Positions 42,306 through 53,957 of a DNA stretch of 64,000 nt are shown here, piece by piece. The notes under the pieces are model-generated. The model was given only the letters and a program-made list of their open reading frames with translations. It did not search any database and was not told where the DNA came from. Source of the DNA: Escherichia coli 042 (GTDB taxonomy: Bacteria > Pseudomonadota > Gammaproteobacteria > Enterobacterales > Enterobacteriaceae); the NCBI RefSeq assembly GCF_000027125.1, contig NC_017626.1; one strand, given 5' to 3'. How positions within the stretch are numbered: the first letter of the stretch is position 1; every line of letters starts with the position of its first letter. The translations under genes and the position numbers were made by a program.

Positions 42306-42586
42306 TGAAAGATTTAACACTCAAATTTGCCGACAGGGCCGACTTTTCGGCCTTTATGGATAGCACTGGCTATTATGATGACGAGTCGATGCAGGATGAT
42401 ATTCTTATTGACGTGATAGGTAACGTGTACAAAGAAACCGGAGAACTGACTGAAGATGGCGAACCGGTATGTGTTAAGGAAGACGGATATTTTGTAAACG
42501 TGCGCATCATTAATGATTCGCAAATATCGTCATTATTCGATGAATACGTGGTTGCTGTTGAGCATCAACTTCGTGGCTGGATGTGA
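42305..42586 (+). CDS. Hypothetical acidic protein, 93 aa
   Basis: ORF between fibre genes. Confidence 0.45.
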   Translation: MKDLTLKFADRADFSAFMDSTGYYDDESMQDDILIDVIGNVYKETGELTEDGEPVCVKEDGYFVNVRIINDSQISSLFDEYVVAVEHQLRGWM

Positions 42587-42595
42587 GGAAGAAAA

Positions 42596-43636
42596 ATGGC
42601 TACATCGACAGTAATTCCTGATGACATCAAAACGCTAAAATCCGACGTTAGCAAATTAAAAAACGATCAAGGAAGCTACGCAACAAAATTATATGTAGAC
42701 AGCAAAGATGAAATCGTTGGTGACTGGTCTGCTTCATGGTATCAGCAGGTATTGCCAACTAGCGGAGCTATATTTGGGAGAAAACTCCGCTCAACTCACA
42801 GGACGGCAGGTGTTGAGGATGCGTATTGCGAACTATACCTCAAAAAATGGATAGACAGTCCAGGTAACGCAATGGCGCGCCTTAACCTGAACGATAACGG
42901 GACAAACATTTGCTGGGACTTTACCAACCTTTATGGCGGTACGATGATTTTTCCCGGTGACAGCGGATACCTCAAAATGGGTAACTGCCTTATGTCATAC
43001 AGCAAGCGTGGAAGTAACGCGCTTATTAAATTTGATTACACCGACACATTACAGATCAAATATGCCAATCATGGGTCAACCATGACATTAAACACACAGG
43101 GAACCGCTTATGCTGGTGTTACTGCTCAATTGTGGGGCAACACCAGCCGTCCTGTTGTTTATGAAGTCGGTGTTGATGGTGGCGCTTATATGTTCTATGC
43201 GCAGAAAAATACCGATAACACCTATATGTTAAGCGTTAATGGTGCATGTCATGCCACCGCATTTAACCAGCATTCCGACCGGGATCTGAAAGACAACATT
43301 CAGGTGATCGATAATGCAACCGACCGCATCCGTAAAATGAACGGCTATACATACACGCTTAAAGAAAACGGTATGCCCTATGCTGGTGTCATTGCACAGG
43401 AAGCTCTGGAAGCAATCCCAGAAGTTGTAGGTTCCGCAATGAAATATCAGGACGGTGCGAGCGGATCGGAAGGTGAAGAAGGTGAACGTTATTACACAGT
43501 AGATTATTCTGGTGTTACTGGCTTGCTTGTTCAGGTAGCCAGAGAGTCAGACGACAGAATAACAGCACTGGAAGAAGAAAACGCAGAATTAAGACAAAGA
43601 TTATCTGCAATTGAGGCGGCGCTTGCGTCTAAATAA
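42596..43636 (+). CDS. Tail fibre protein with C-terminal intramolecular-chaperone (S74-like) domain
   Basis: C-terminal chaperone-domain character followed by coiled-coil (TALEEENAELRQRL). Confidence 0.7.
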   Translation: MATSTVIPDDIKTLKSDVSKLKNDQGSYATKLYVDSKDEIVGDWSASWYQQVLPTSGAIFGRKLRSTHRTAGVEDAYCELYLKKWIDSPGNAMARLNLNDNGTNICWDFTNLYGGTMIFPGDSGYLKMGNCLMSYSKRGSNALIKFDYTDTLQIKYANHGSTMTLNTQGTAYAGVTAQLWGNTSRPVVYEVGVDGGAYMFYAQKNTDNTYMLSVNGACHATAFNQHSDRDLKDNIQVIDNATDRIRKMNGYTYTLKENGMPYAGVIAQEALEAIPEVVGSAMKYQDGASGSEGEEGERYYTVDYSGVTGLLVQVARESDDRITALEEENAELRQRLSAIEAALASK

Positions 43637-43642
43637 TATTAA

Positions 43643-43665
43643 GGGGCCGAGCGCCCCGTTTTATT
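43643..43665 (+). terminator. Intrinsic terminator after tail fibre gene
   Basis: ggggc-cgagc-gcccc then gttttatt. Confidence 0.5.
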
Positions 43666-43678
43666 GGGTAGGATGAAA

Positions 43679-43972
43679 ATGGATATAACACCTTTCCTTC
43701 ATGCGCTTTGTGCTGTGGCTGCGCAGCTACTGATTGGTCTTTTTACCGGGAACTGGGCTTACGGGGCGATAGCCGGTTGTACGTTCTTCATTGCGCGTGA
43801 ACACACCCAGGCAGAATATCGCTGGATCGAAATGTTCGGGCATGGCAAGCGAATGAATATGCCGTGGTGGGGCGGTTTTGATCCGCGTGCATGGGATGTG
43901 GCAAGCCTGATGGATTTTGCTGTGCCGGTGGTGGCGTGTCTGCTGGTCTGGCTGTTGGTTAATCGTGGGTGA
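43679..43972 (+). CDS. Small membrane protein of unknown function (97 aa), terminal moron
   Basis: RBS AGGA; two to three predicted TM segments. Confidence 0.5.
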   Translation: MDITPFLHALCAVAAQLLIGLFTGNWAYGAIAGCTFFIAREHTQAEYRWIEMFGHGKRMNMPWWGGFDPRAWDVASLMDFAVPVVACLLVWLLVNRG

Positions 43973-44323
43973 AAAAAGGTGAGCTGTATATGCAACGGAG
44001 GAAGAAACCCCGTTGCTGGAAGCCTGGAAAAAGTATCGGATGCTGCTGAACCGTGTTGATACATCAACTGCACCTGATATTGAGTGGCCTACGAACCCTG
44101 TCAGGGAGTAATCATTGGGATTATGCCGCAGAAACGTTGTATGCAATAACGTTCTGCGGTTGGCTGATGCACTTTCGAGAGTGCATGTATTGAATTATTT
44201 CCAGCTATTATCGATTTTACGTATTTTTTGCATGAGAGAATTTGTACCTCCTCCCAACAACGACCTTCCATGACTTTCCGGACTTCTGTGGGCCAGCGGA
44301 CGATGCTGCCCTCGGATGTTGTG

Positions 44324-45181
44324 CTAATTGGGTGATGACAAATCCTGTGTATGGGTGTTTCCCTTTGTGCGTGCGTTGATGCTGGTAACGGTGAACGTCA
44401 TGATGAACACAACCGCGAATAAGACGACAATCGTCGGAGCTGGTGCACTGTCGATAAAAAAGGACAACCAGACACCAGTCATTGACACTATTACCGATAT
44501 GCCAATCGCCAGTAGGAGCGCAATATGAAAGCGTTGTGTCAGGAGTACCGCAATGGCGCCAGGCGCAATGAGCAGAGAAATGGAGAGAATGATACCTACC
44601 GCTTTCAGCGTCGCCACAATGGTCAGAGAGACCATGCACAGCAGCCCATAATGCAGACATCTCGTATGCAAACCGCTTACCTGCGCCTGTTGATAATCAA
44701 AGCTGAACAGCAAAAAATCCCGCCATTTTACGCTAATAACAAGTGTAACCAACCCGGCAATAATCACCGTCTGGATTATATCGCCGATGGTTACCCCGAG
44801 CATGTCGCCGAAAAGAATATGGTCAAGATGTACGTCTGGTTTGACTGCAATATACAAGATCAGACCTGCGGCAAACATGCCAGAAAAAACAATCCCCATC
44901 ACTGTATCTTGCTTGATTCGGCTGTTGTCTTTCAGGTATCCCGTCGCCACCGCGCAGAATACTCCGGCGACGAATGCCCCTGTAGCCAGAGGTAACCCCA
45001 GAATCCAGGCAAGCACGATGCCAGGAAAAACCGCATGACTCATCGCGTCACCCATCAGTGCCCAACCTTTCAGGACCAGAAAGACCGACAGCAGCGCACA
45101 GGGTATGGAAACTACCAGTGAAATCAGCAGTGCGTGACTCATAAAGGTGAACTGCAGTGGCTCCAGTAATAATGCCATCAT
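44324..45181 (-). CDS. sitD: Mn/Fe ABC transporter permease SitD
   Basis: Polytopic permease; operon order sitABCD. Confidence 0.9.
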   Translation of the reverse strand: MMALLLEPLQFTFMSHALLISLVVSIPCALLSVFLVLKGWALMGDAMSHAVFPGIVLAWILGLPLATGAFVAGVFCAVATGYLKDNSRIKQDTVMGIVFSGMFAAGLILYIAVKPDVHLDHILFGDMLGVTIGDIIQTVIIAGLVTLVISVKWRDFLLFSFDYQQAQVSGLHTRCLHYGLLCMVSLTIVATLKAVGIILSISLLIAPGAIAVLLTQRFHIALLLAIGISVIVSMTGVWLSFFIDSAPAPTIVVLFAVVFIMTFTVTSINARTKGNTHTQDLSSPN

Positions 45182-46035
45182 GAGCGATCCTCCAGCGCTT
45201 TATGCGCACGCCGACGATTTGCCAAAAGCCCATGGGTGGGCGCAAATACAAATGCTAAAAGAAACAGCAGTGTCTGCGCCACCACGATGATTCCACCTGT
45301 CGCGCCGTCCAGAAAGTAACTGACCCACGCGCCGAGGAAACTGGTTACACTGCCAATAGTTACAGCAATTATGAGCAGGCGGGGAAAATGATCGGTTAAC
45401 AACCATGCTGTTGCACCGGGAGTCACCACCAGACAGATCACCAGAAAGGCACCAACCGTTTGCAGCGCCGCAACGGTCGAAACCGACAGCAGGGTGAAGA
45501 AGAGGATTTTTAATCTGCCCGGATGCAATCCAATAGCACGAGCGTGATTCTCGTCGAAAAAGGTCACCATAAGATCTTTCCATTTGAAAAAAAGCACGAT
45601 GATCGAGAGAATGCCAATGATAGTGAGTTGCAGGATATCCGCCGGATCGATTGCCAGAATATTGCCCAGGACGATGGTCTGAATGTTCACGGATGTCGGG
45701 TTCAATGACACCATAAACAGCCCCAGGCCAAAAAAGGAGGAGAAGATCAGGCCGATGATGGCATCTTCTTTTAAGCGAGTGCGTTGGTTAAGAAACAGCA
45801 TGCTGCCCGCTGCCAGTCCGCCGGAAAAGAAGGCTCCCAGAGAAAACGGAAGCCCCAGCATATATGCCCCCGCAACACCCGGGACAATAGAGTGCGACAG
45901 CGCATCGCCAATCAGCGACCAGCCTTTTAGCATCAGATAGCATGACAGGAAAGCGCAGAGACCGCCGACCATCGCCGAGACCCACATCGCATTGAGCATA
46001 TATTCATAGCTGAAGGGTTCCAGTAGCACGTTCAT
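45178..46035 (-). CDS. sitC: Mn/Fe ABC transporter permease SitC
   Basis: Polytopic permease paralogous to SitD. Confidence 0.9.
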   Translation of the reverse strand: MNVLLEPFSYEYMLNAMWVSAMVGGLCAFLSCYLMLKGWSLIGDALSHSIVPGVAGAYMLGLPFSLGAFFSGGLAAGSMLFLNQRTRLKEDAIIGLIFSSFFGLGLFMVSLNPTSVNIQTIVLGNILAIDPADILQLTIIGILSIIVLFFKWKDLMVTFFDENHARAIGLHPGRLKILFFTLLSVSTVAALQTVGAFLVICLVVTPGATAWLLTDHFPRLLIIAVTIGSVTSFLGAWVSYFLDGATGGIIVVAQTLLFLLAFVFAPTHGLLANRRRAHKALEDRS

Positions 46036-46859
46036 CTTGCTTCCCCCTGCACCGCTGACGGTCGATGTGCCACAAAAGGGTGTTCATCGTCAGTAATAAT
46101 GCTTTCTTCCGAGCCGTTAAGTGTGACATGGCGCAGTACGCCGCTAAAAGCCAGCTCCAGGTTCTCGGCTGTAAAAGTGGTGTCTGTCGGCCCGCTTGCC
46201 AGGACGGTGCCTTTGACCATGACCGTATAATCGCAAAATGTCGTGACTGAGCCGAGATTGTGCGTTGAGACAAGCATCGTCTTGCCTTCCGCGCGTAACT
46301 CCCTCAACAGGCTGATGATTTTCGCTTCGGTTTTCACATCAACGCCGGTAAAAGGTTCATCCAGCAGGATCACATCACCCTGCTGTGCAATCGCTCTCGC
46401 CAGAAAGACGCGTTTCTTTTGTCCACCGGAAAGCTCGCCGATTTGTCGATGGCGAAAATCCACCATATCGACACGTTCCAGCGCATCGGTGACAATCTGA
46501 CGATCCCTCTTTTTGGCTATACGCAACATACCCATGTGCCCATAGCGGCCCATCATCACCACATCTTCCACTAGTACAGGAAATGACCAGTCAACCTCTT
46601 CTGACTGAGGGACGTAGGCAACCAGGTTTTTCTGTAGCGCCTGTCGCGTGGGAATACCCAGAACAGATATCTTTCCGCTGGTCAGACGGACAAATCCCAT
46701 AATCGCTTTAAACAACGTCGATTTTCCGGAACCGTTTACCCCAACCAGAGCGGCAATAGATCCACTTGGTACTGTGAAGGATGCATCGCGCAGTGCTGTG
46801 TGCCCGTTACGCCAGGTGACAGTAACATCATTAACGACAATGCCCGCAGATTGCATCAT
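46032..46859 (-). CDS. sitB: Mn/Fe ABC transporter ATP-binding protein SitB
   Basis: Walker [13 protein letters not shown] signature LSGGQKKR, Walker B ILLDEP. Confidence 0.9.
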   Translation of the reverse strand: MMQSAGIVVNDVTVTWRNGHTALRDASFTVPSGSIAALVGVNGSGKSTLFKAIMGFVRLTSGKISVLGIPTRQALQKNLVAYVPQSEEVDWSFPVLVEDVVMMGRYGHMGMLRIAKKRDRQIVTDALERVDMVDFRHRQIGELSGGQKKRVFLARAIAQQGDVILLDEPFTGVDVKTEAKIISLLRELRAEGKTMLVSTHNLGSVTTFCDYTVMVKGTVLASGPTDTTFTAENLELAFSGVLRHVTLNGSEESIITDDEHPFVAHRPSAVQGEAR

Positions 46860-47773
46860 TATTTCTCCCTTTTCCCGGCTTTAATTCCCTGTACCAGCGT
46901 ACTGGTAGTAACCTTCAGAAGGTCGATATACGTAGGTACCGGGCCGTTTTCTGTGCTCAGGGAATCGACATAGAGTACACCGCCGTAGTGCGCGCCGGTT
47001 TCACGCGCAACCTGACGCGCTGGTTTATCGGAAATCGTACTCTCGCTAAAGACTGCCGGGATATGATTTTTCTTCACCATATCAACAACCTTACGTACCT
47101 GCTGCGGCGTGCCTTGTTGATCGGCATTAATCGGCCACAGATAAAGCTCTTTTAGCCCCAAATCGCGTGCGAGATAAGAAAAAGCCCCTTCACTGGTGAC
47201 CATCCATCGCTGATTCTCAGGGAGTTCAGCAATCTGCTTACGCAGGGGGGCAAGGGTTTGGGTAATCTTGGCTTTATAAGTATCGGCATTACGTTGGTAG
47301 GTTTGTGCATTTGCCGGATCGTATTTTATCAACGCATCACGAATATTATCGACATAAATCAGAGCATTATCTGGCGACATCCAGGCATGGGGGTTAGGTT
47401 TGCCCTCATAGGGTCCTTCGGTGATCCCTACTGGCGTCACACCCGAAGAGACAATTACTTCTGGAACCCCATTGAGATGTTGGTAAAAGCGTTGGAACCA
47501 CAATTCCAGATTCATACCATTGGCGAGAATCAGTTGTGCCCCCTGCGCACGTTTAATATCTCCAGGGGTAGGCTGATACTCATGAATTTCTGCACCAGGC
47601 TTGGTTATGGATGAGACTTCTGCAGCATCTCCAGCCACGTTTTTGGCCATATCCGCGATGATGGTAAATGTTGTAATGACCTTGAATTTTTCAGTTGCAC
47701 TTGCCTGAAATGCGATCGAGCAGGTGAGGGCGAGGCACCCCAAGAGCATGGTTACTTTTTTTATTGAGTGCAT
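46859..47773 (-). CDS. sitA: Periplasmic metal-binding protein SitA
   Basis: Signal peptide; cluster-9 substrate-binding protein family. Confidence 0.9.
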   Translation of the reverse strand: MHSIKKVTMLLGCLALTCSIAFQASATEKFKVITTFTIIADMAKNVAGDAAEVSSITKPGAEIHEYQPTPGDIKRAQGAQLILANGMNLELWFQRFYQHLNGVPEVIVSSGVTPVGITEGPYEGKPNPHAWMSPDNALIYVDNIRDALIKYDPANAQTYQRNADTYKAKITQTLAPLRKQIAELPENQRWMVTSEGAFSYLARDLGLKELYLWPINADQQGTPQQVRKVVDMVKKNHIPAVFSESTISDKPARQVARETGAHYGGVLYVDSLSTENGPVPTYIDLLKVTTSTLVQGIKAGKREK

Positions 47774-47805
47774 AATTTAGTACCTATAGTGAGCAAAATT
47801 AGAAA

Positions 47806-47827
47806 AAACATAGCAACAGCTATGTTT
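47806..47827. promoter_or_regulatory. MntR box (perfect palindrome AAACATAGC-AACA-GCTATGTTT)
   Basis: Palindrome 33-54 bp upstream of sitA start; matches E. coli MntR operator consensus. Confidence 0.75.
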
Positions 47828-47845
47828 TATAGCATAAGCCATGCA

Positions 47846-47866
47846 AAATGAAAATGATTATCATTA
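47846..47866. promoter_or_regulatory. Fur box-like site
   Basis: aatgaaaatgattatcattag resembles GATAATGATAATCATTATC. Confidence 0.6.
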
Positions 47867-48325
47867 GCGGTTGTGGGCCCAACACAGGGATTAGGTTGTT
47901 TCCTGCTGGCGATGTGGTATTGAGGAAAAAATTAGGGCAGCTATTAGGCTTTGAAATGACTTTATGAGGAGAATTGTTGATGGCAAAAATGGGGCAAAGC
48001 GCTGCAAAAGGGGCAAAAAAGGGGCAAAAAAAGAGTGGGTTATCGTAGCTTATTGTTGTCGCTGATGATGTTTAACACATTGAAAAATAAGTAAAATACT
48101 TATGAGTCAGAGAGTTGTGATTTTTGCCCTTACTTGTTCAGATTGTATTGTTCTTTCTTACTAATTTCTTGATTTTGCGACATTTAAAAGCGACTCAATT
48201 CGTTATATGGCATCAGAAGAGTATGCGTCATGCCGGAAAGCCCAGCATAAGAAATCTGATATAAAAACTGTGGCGTGTATGGTACGGATTAGAGGGGAAA
48301 ATGTCAGCACATTTGCGAAATGAAT

Positions 48326-48351
48326 CAAAAAGCCCGCAGCAATGTGCGGGC
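48326..48351 (-). terminator. uspF intrinsic terminator
   Basis: gcccgca-loop-tgcgggc with T5 on minus strand. Confidence 0.6.
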
Positions 48352-48358
48352 GTTAGTG

Positions 48359-48874
<516 letters not shown>

Positions 48875-48901
48875 TTAGATCAAAGGAGGAAGAATAAGCA
48901 G

Positions 48902-48926
48902 AAAAAGCCCGCCATAACAGCGGGCA
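48902..48926 (-). terminator. ompN intrinsic terminator
   Basis: gcccgc-tgttat-ggcggg then T5 on minus strand. Confidence 0.55.
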
Positions 48927-48933
48927 GGAGGAT

Positions 48934-50067
48934 TTAGAACTGATAAACCAGACCTAAAGCGACAATATCATCGGTAGAGATGCCGTTGGCAGCGTAGAAG
49001 CTGTCATCTTCATCCAACAGGTTGATTTTATAGTCAACATAGGTGGACATGTTTTTATTGAAATAGTAAGTCGCGCCAACATCGGCGTATTTAACCAGAT
49101 CTTTATCATCAACACCTGCCGGGTTGTCTGCACCACCGGCAGCGTGCAGGTCACGGCCTTTAGACATCAGGAAAGAGACTGCCGGACGCAGACCAAAATC
49201 AAACTGGTACTGTGCAGTAACTTCAAAGTTCTGGGTTTTGTTTGCAACAGCATAATCGCTGTCGCCAAACGGGGTCATATTACGCGTTTCTGAATACATG
49301 GTTGCCAGGTAAATATTGTTAGCATCGTATTTTAGCCCAGCAGTCCACGCGTCTGCTTTATCACCACCCGCCGCAGTATGGTTAACCTGGTCATTGGTGC
49401 GGTCAGAAGAGGTGTATGCCGCACCAGCGCTAAAGCCCATGCCTAAATCATATGTTGTGGAAAGACCCCAGCCGTCACCGTTTTCATGGCGAACATCACG
49501 TCCGTTGTTGGTGCCTTCCTGACCATTACTGGCACCTTCGTTGTTACCTTGATACTGCACCGCGAAGTTCAGACCATTTACCAGACCGAAGAAATCAGTA
49601 TTACGATAAGTCGCGACGCCATTGGCACGACCAGTCATAAAGTTGTCTGCATTGGTATAAGAGTCACCGCCAAATTCAGGCAGCATATCGGTCCAGCCTT
49701 CGATGTCGTACATTACGCCATAATTACGTCCGTAATCGAAAGAACCGTAATCTGCAAATTTCAATCCGGCAAATGCCAGACGGGTCCATGACTGGTTTTT
49801 TGAGGATTCAGTGTTGTTTGCCTGAATATTGTATTCCCATTGACCGTAGCCAGTGAGTTGATCGTTAATTTGCGTTTCGCCTTTAAAACCCAGACGCGCA
49901 TAGCTCTGGTCGCCATCTTTCGCTGAATTATCAGAAAAATAATGCAGGCCATCAACTTTGCCATACAGATCTAATTTGTTGCCGTCTTTATTATAAACTT
50001 CGGCTGCATGTGCAGCACCTGCGGCGAGCAGGGCAGGAATTAAAAGTGCCAGTACTTTGCTTTTCAT
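48934..50067 (-). CDS. ompN: Outer membrane porin OmpN
   Basis: Signal peptide; OmpC-family porin ending in F. Confidence 0.9.
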   Translation of the reverse strand: MKSKVLALLIPALLAAGAAHAAEVYNKDGNKLDLYGKVDGLHYFSDNSAKDGDQSYARLGFKGETQINDQLTGYGQWEYNIQANNTESSKNQSWTRLAFAGLKFADYGSFDYGRNYGVMYDIEGWTDMLPEFGGDSYTNADNFMTGRANGVATYRNTDFFGLVNGLNFAVQYQGNNEGASNGQEGTNNGRDVRHENGDGWGLSTTYDLGMGFSAGAAYTSSDRTNDQVNHTAAGGDKADAWTAGLKYDANNIYLATMYSETRNMTPFGDSDYAVANKTQNFEVTAQYQFDFGLRPAVSFLMSKGRDLHAAGGADNPAGVDDKDLVKYADVGATYYFNKNMSTYVDYKINLLDEDDSFYAANGISTDDIVALGLVYQF

Positions 50068-50294
50068 TGAATAAATCCTTTAGTTATTTTATTTGCCTTT
50101 TATCCCCATTTCGGGGAGTGAAAACATCCTAAAGGAGATGTTCAGTTAGCCGATAAATATCATTTGTTACGCCTTAAGTAAAACCTTAATCAAATAATTC
50201 TTCTGAAATGATAATAAGTCTGGTGAATGTATTGGAGATAATACATACAAAATAAAAATTATACTTTTAATTTGCTATACGTTATTCTGCGCGG

Positions 50295-50403
50295 GTTATA
50301 TGCCTTTATTGTCACAGATTTTATTTTCTGTTGGGCCATTGCATTGCCACTGATTTTCCAACATATAAAAAGACAAGCCCGAACAGTCGTTCGGGCTTTT
50401 TTT
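50295..50403 (+). ncRNA. micC: MicC small regulatory RNA
   Basis: Sequence GTTATATGCCTTTATTGTCACAG... ending in gcccgaac...gttcgggc + T-run; between ompN and ydbK. Confidence 0.85.
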
Positions 50404-50432
50404 TAGAATTGGATAATTCTTATCCAGAGCAT

Positions 50433-53400
50433 TTAATCGGTGTTGCTTTTTTCCGCTTTTCCGGCCATTTGTGCCAGGAAGTCATAGCGTTTTTGCAAAT
50501 CAGCTGCAGCATCTTTCCATAACTGTTCTGCCACTTCTGGCTGCTGCGAATTCAGACGACGGAAACGTTGCTCATGCAGTAACGTTTCTTCCAGTGCTTC
50601 TGACGGCGGGCGTGAATCCAGTGCCAGCGGCAGTTTGCCTTCATCGGCTCGACGTGGATCGAAGCGATATAGCGGCCAGAAGCCGGTGGCAGTGAGTTGG
50701 CGCATCTGGTCGTGACTGAGTGCCAGATCGTAACCATGCTCTTCACACGGGCTATAAGCGATGATCAGCGATGGTCCCGGATACGCTTCTGCTTCCTGAA
50801 TCGCTTTCACTGTCTGGTTCAGCTGTGCACCAAGAGAAATTTGCGCCACATAAACATGACCGTACATCATCATACTGACGCCAAGATCTTTACGCGCTTT
50901 ACGTTTGCCATGCTCGCCAAACTTAGTTACTGCACCCAGCGGTGTCGCTTTCGACGCCTGACCACCGGTGTTGGAATAGCATTGCGTATCCAGCACCAGA
51001 ATGTTGACGTTTTCCGTCAAACTCAATACATGATCCAGACCGCCAAAGCCGATATCGTAAGCCCAGCCGTCGCCACCAATCAGCCAGATTGATTTTTCCA
51101 CCAGTGCATCTGCGTCACGTAGCAGTTCATGTGCTTCGGCAACATCTTTGAGTTGCTGGCGTAAAGCTGCAACCTGTTCACGACGAACCTCTGGCGTGGC
51201 GTCTGATTTCAACGCAGTCAGTAATTCCGCCGGGATTTTATCGGCAAATTGATCCAGCAGACGCAGCACGCGGACACGGTGTTGATCGACCGTCAGGCGG
51301 AAACCAAGGCCAAATTCGGCGTTATCTTCAAACAGCGAGTTCGCCCATGCCGGTCCACGACCGTTGGCATCGGTAGTATACGGTGTAGAGGGCAGGTTAC
51401 CGCCATAAATTGAAGAACATCCGGTGGCGTTAGCGATCAACATTCGGTCGCCATAGAGCTGAGTCAGCAATTTAATATACGGCGTCTCGCCACAACCGGA
51501 GCAAGCACCTGAATATTCAAACAGCGGTGTAATCAGCTGCGATGTACGAATATCAATACGTTCCAGTTTGCTACGGTCGATTTCTGGGAGGTTGAGGAAG
51601 AAATCGTAATTGATTTTCTCTTCTTCGACATGTTCCAGGCGCGACATCATATTGATGGCTTTGATCTCTGGATTCTGACGGTCTTTCGCCGGGCAAACTT
51701 CGACGCACAGGTTACAGCCGGTGCAATCTTCCGGTGCCACCTGCAAGACATATTTCTGCCCGCGCATATCACGCGATTTCACATCCAGCGAATGCAGGCT
51801 GGCAGGGGCGTTTTCCATCGCTTCAGGCGGTACCACTTTTGCGCGAATAGCGGAGTGTGGGCAAGCAGCGACGCAGTGGTTACATTGGGTACAGAGTTCC
51901 TCTTTCCAGATGGGGATCTCTTCGGCGATATTGCGTTTTTCCCAGCGCGTAGTGCCCATCGGCCAGGTGCCGTCTGGCGGCAGCGCCGAAACGGGGAGGG
52001 CATCACCAAGCCCGGCGAGCATCGCCGCGGTTACGGTTTTCACGAAATCAGGGGCGGCATCGGAAACCACTGGCGGTCGATTGGCGCTGTGCGGATTTAC
52101 TGGTTGCAGCGGAACTTCTTCTACGGATTCACGTGCCAGCGCCAGAGCCTGCCAGTTGCGTTCCACCAGATCCTGACCTTTGCTACTGTAACTTTTGGCA
52201 ATCGCACCCTGCAATTCTGCGAGGGCGCTATCGCCAGGCAGAATTTGCGTAAGATGGAAAAAAGCCATCTGCATGACGGTATTAATACGGGCTGCCAGGC
52301 CACATTCGCGGGCGATTTTCGCCGCGTTAATCACATAGAAGCGCGCTTTTTTCTGGTTTAACACGGCCTGAACTTCCTGCGGCAAGCGCGACCATACTTC
52401 ATCTGCGCTGTACGGCGTGTTGAGCAGGAAAATGCCGCCAGGTTTTAAACGTTCAGCCATCTGATATTTATCGATAAACTGCAACTGGTGGCAGCCAACA
52501 AAATCAGCCTGGGAAATGAGATAAGCGGAACGAATCGGCTGCTCACTCACGCGAAGGTGAGAAACCGTCAGGCCGCCCGCCTTTTTGGAGTCGTAAACAA
52601 AATAGCCCTGTGCGTACCACGGCGTGGAATTACCGATAATCTTGATATTGTTTTTGGTCGCGGAAACGCTGCCATCACTACCAAGGCCATAAAACAAGGC
52701 TTCAAGTTTCGCCGAGTTTGGCAGGGTGTTTTCCGGCAACGGTAGTGACAGATTGGTCACATCATCATAAATACCAACCGTAAAGCGCGCTTTCGGTTTA
52801 GCCGCGTTGAGCTCGGCAAATACCGCCAGTACACAGTCCGGGCCAAATTCTTTGGATGAAAGACCATAGCGCCCACCAATGACACGGGGCAGGGTTTCGC
52901 GCTCGCCATTATTAAAGGCTTCTGCCAGTGCAGTCATCACATCCAGATAGAGCGGTTCTGCCTGGGCACCGGGTTCTTTGGTTCTGTCCAGTACCGCCAC
53001 GCTGCGTACGGATCCCGGTAGAGCTTGTAGCAAGTGTTTGGCGGAGAAGGGACGGTACAGGCGAACTTTCAGCACGCCGACTTTTTCGCCACGGGTTAGC
53101 AATTCATCAACCACTTCTTCACAGGTGCCAATGGCAGAGCCCATCAGGATAATCACCCGTTCCGCTTGCGGATGCCCGTAATACTCAAACGGCTGATACT
53201 GACGACCTGTCGCGGCAGCGAAATCATTCATCGCCTGTTCAACATGGTCGTAAACTGCGTTGTACCACGGGTTGGTGGCTTCACGTGACTGGAAGTAGGT
53301 GTCCGGGTTAGCCGAGGTACCGCGAATCACCGGATGCTCCGGATTCAGCGCGCGGGCGCGATGAGCATCAATTTCGGCCTGCGGCATCAGTTCCAGAATC

Positions 53401-53957
53401 GTGTCATCGGCCAGCGGGACAATTTTATTGATTTCGTGGGACGTGCGGAAACCATCAAAGAAATGAATAAATGGAACGCGGCTTTTCAGCGTCGCGATGT
53501 GCGAAATGAGAGCAAAGTCTTGCGCTTCCTGGACGTTAGCCGCACACAACATCGCGCAACCCGTCTGGCGCACCGCCATAACGTCGGAATGATCGCCAAA
53601 AATAGAGAGTGCATGTGTGGCAACGGTACGTGCCGCTACATGCAGGACAAATGGCGTCAGTTCGCCTGCCAGTTTGTACAGCGTCGGGATCATCAGCAAC
53701 AAACCCTGCGATGACGTAAACGATGTTGAAAGGGCACCCGTCTGCAAAGCGCCATGCACGGTAGCGATAGCCCCCGCTTCCGACTGCATTTCAACCACGC
53801 GTGGTGTGTCTCCCCAAACGTTCTTCAAGCCGTTTCCGGCCCATGCATCAGCCTGTTCTGCCATCGTGGAACTGGGGGTAATAGGGTAGATGGCGATAAC
53901 TTCACTGGTGCGAAACGCCACCGAAGCAACCGCGCCATTACCGTCAATAGTAATCAT
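50433..53957 (-). CDS. ydbK: Pyruvate:flavodoxin oxidoreductase YdbK (1174 aa)
   Basis: Size; two 4Fe-4S ferredoxin motifs (CTQCNHCVAACP, CTGCNLCVEVCP). Confidence 0.95.
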   Translation of the reverse strand: MITIDGNGAVASVAFRTSEVIAIYPITPSSTMAEQADAWAGNGLKNVWGDTPRVVEMQSEAGAIATVHGALQTGALSTSFTSSQGLLLMIPTLYKLAGELTPFVLHVAARTVATHALSIFGDHSDVMAVRQTGCAMLCAANVQEAQDFALISHIATLKSRVPFIHFFDGFRTSHEINKIVPLADDTILELMPQAEIDAHRARALNPEHPVIRGTSANPDTYFQSREATNPWYNAVYDHVEQAMNDFAAATGRQYQPFEYYGHPQAERVIILMGSAIGTCEEVVDELLTRGEKVGVLKVRLYRPFSAKHLLQALPGSVRSVAVLDRTKEPGAQAEPLYLDVMTALAEAFNNGERETLPRVIGGRYGLSSKEFGPDCVLAVFAELNAAKPKARFTVGIYDDVTNLSLPLPENTLPNSAKLEALFYGLGSDGSVSATKNNIKIIGNSTPWYAQGYFVYDSKKAGGLTVSHLRVSEQPIRSAYLISQADFVGCHQLQFIDKYQMAERLKPGGIFLLNTPYSADEVWSRLPQEVQAVLNQKKARFYVINAAKIARECGLAARINTVMQMAFFHLTQILPGDSALAELQGAIAKSYSSKGQDLVERNWQALALARESVEEVPLQPVNPHSANRPPVVSDAAPDFVKTVTAAMLAGLGDALPVSALPPDGTWPMGTTRWEKRNIAEEIPIWKEELCTQCNHCVAACPHSAIRAKVVPPEAMENAPASLHSLDVKSRDMRGQKYVLQVAPEDCTGCNLCVEVCPAKDRQNPEIKAINMMSRLEHVEEEKINYDFFLNLPEIDRSKLERIDIRTSQLITPLFEYSGACSGCGETPYIKLLTQLYGDRMLIANATGCSSIYGGNLPSTPYTTDANGRGPAWANSLFEDNAEFGLGFRLTVDQHRVRVLRLLDQFADKIPAELLTALKSDATPEVRREQVAALRQQLKDVAEAHELLRDADALVEKSIWLIGGDGWAYDIGFGGLDHVLSLTENVNILVLDTQCYSNTGGQASKATPLGAVTKFGEHGKRKARKDLGVSMMMYGHVYVAQISLGAQLNQTVKAIQEAEAYPGPSLIIAYSPCEEHGYDLALSHDQMRQLTATGFWPLYRFDPRRADEGKLPLALDSRPPSEALEETLLHEQRFRRLNSQQPEVAEQLWKDAAADLQKRYDFLAQMAGKAEKSNTD

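Noticed and set aside
44525-45038. Plus-strand ORFs of 156 and 83 aa within sitD
   Set aside because: Antisense to the sitD permease; no RBS and Arg/His-rich chance frames.
50697-52361. Several plus-strand ORFs (131-243 aa) inside ydbK
   Set aside because: All antisense to the 1174-aa ydbK gene with clear Fe-S motifs.
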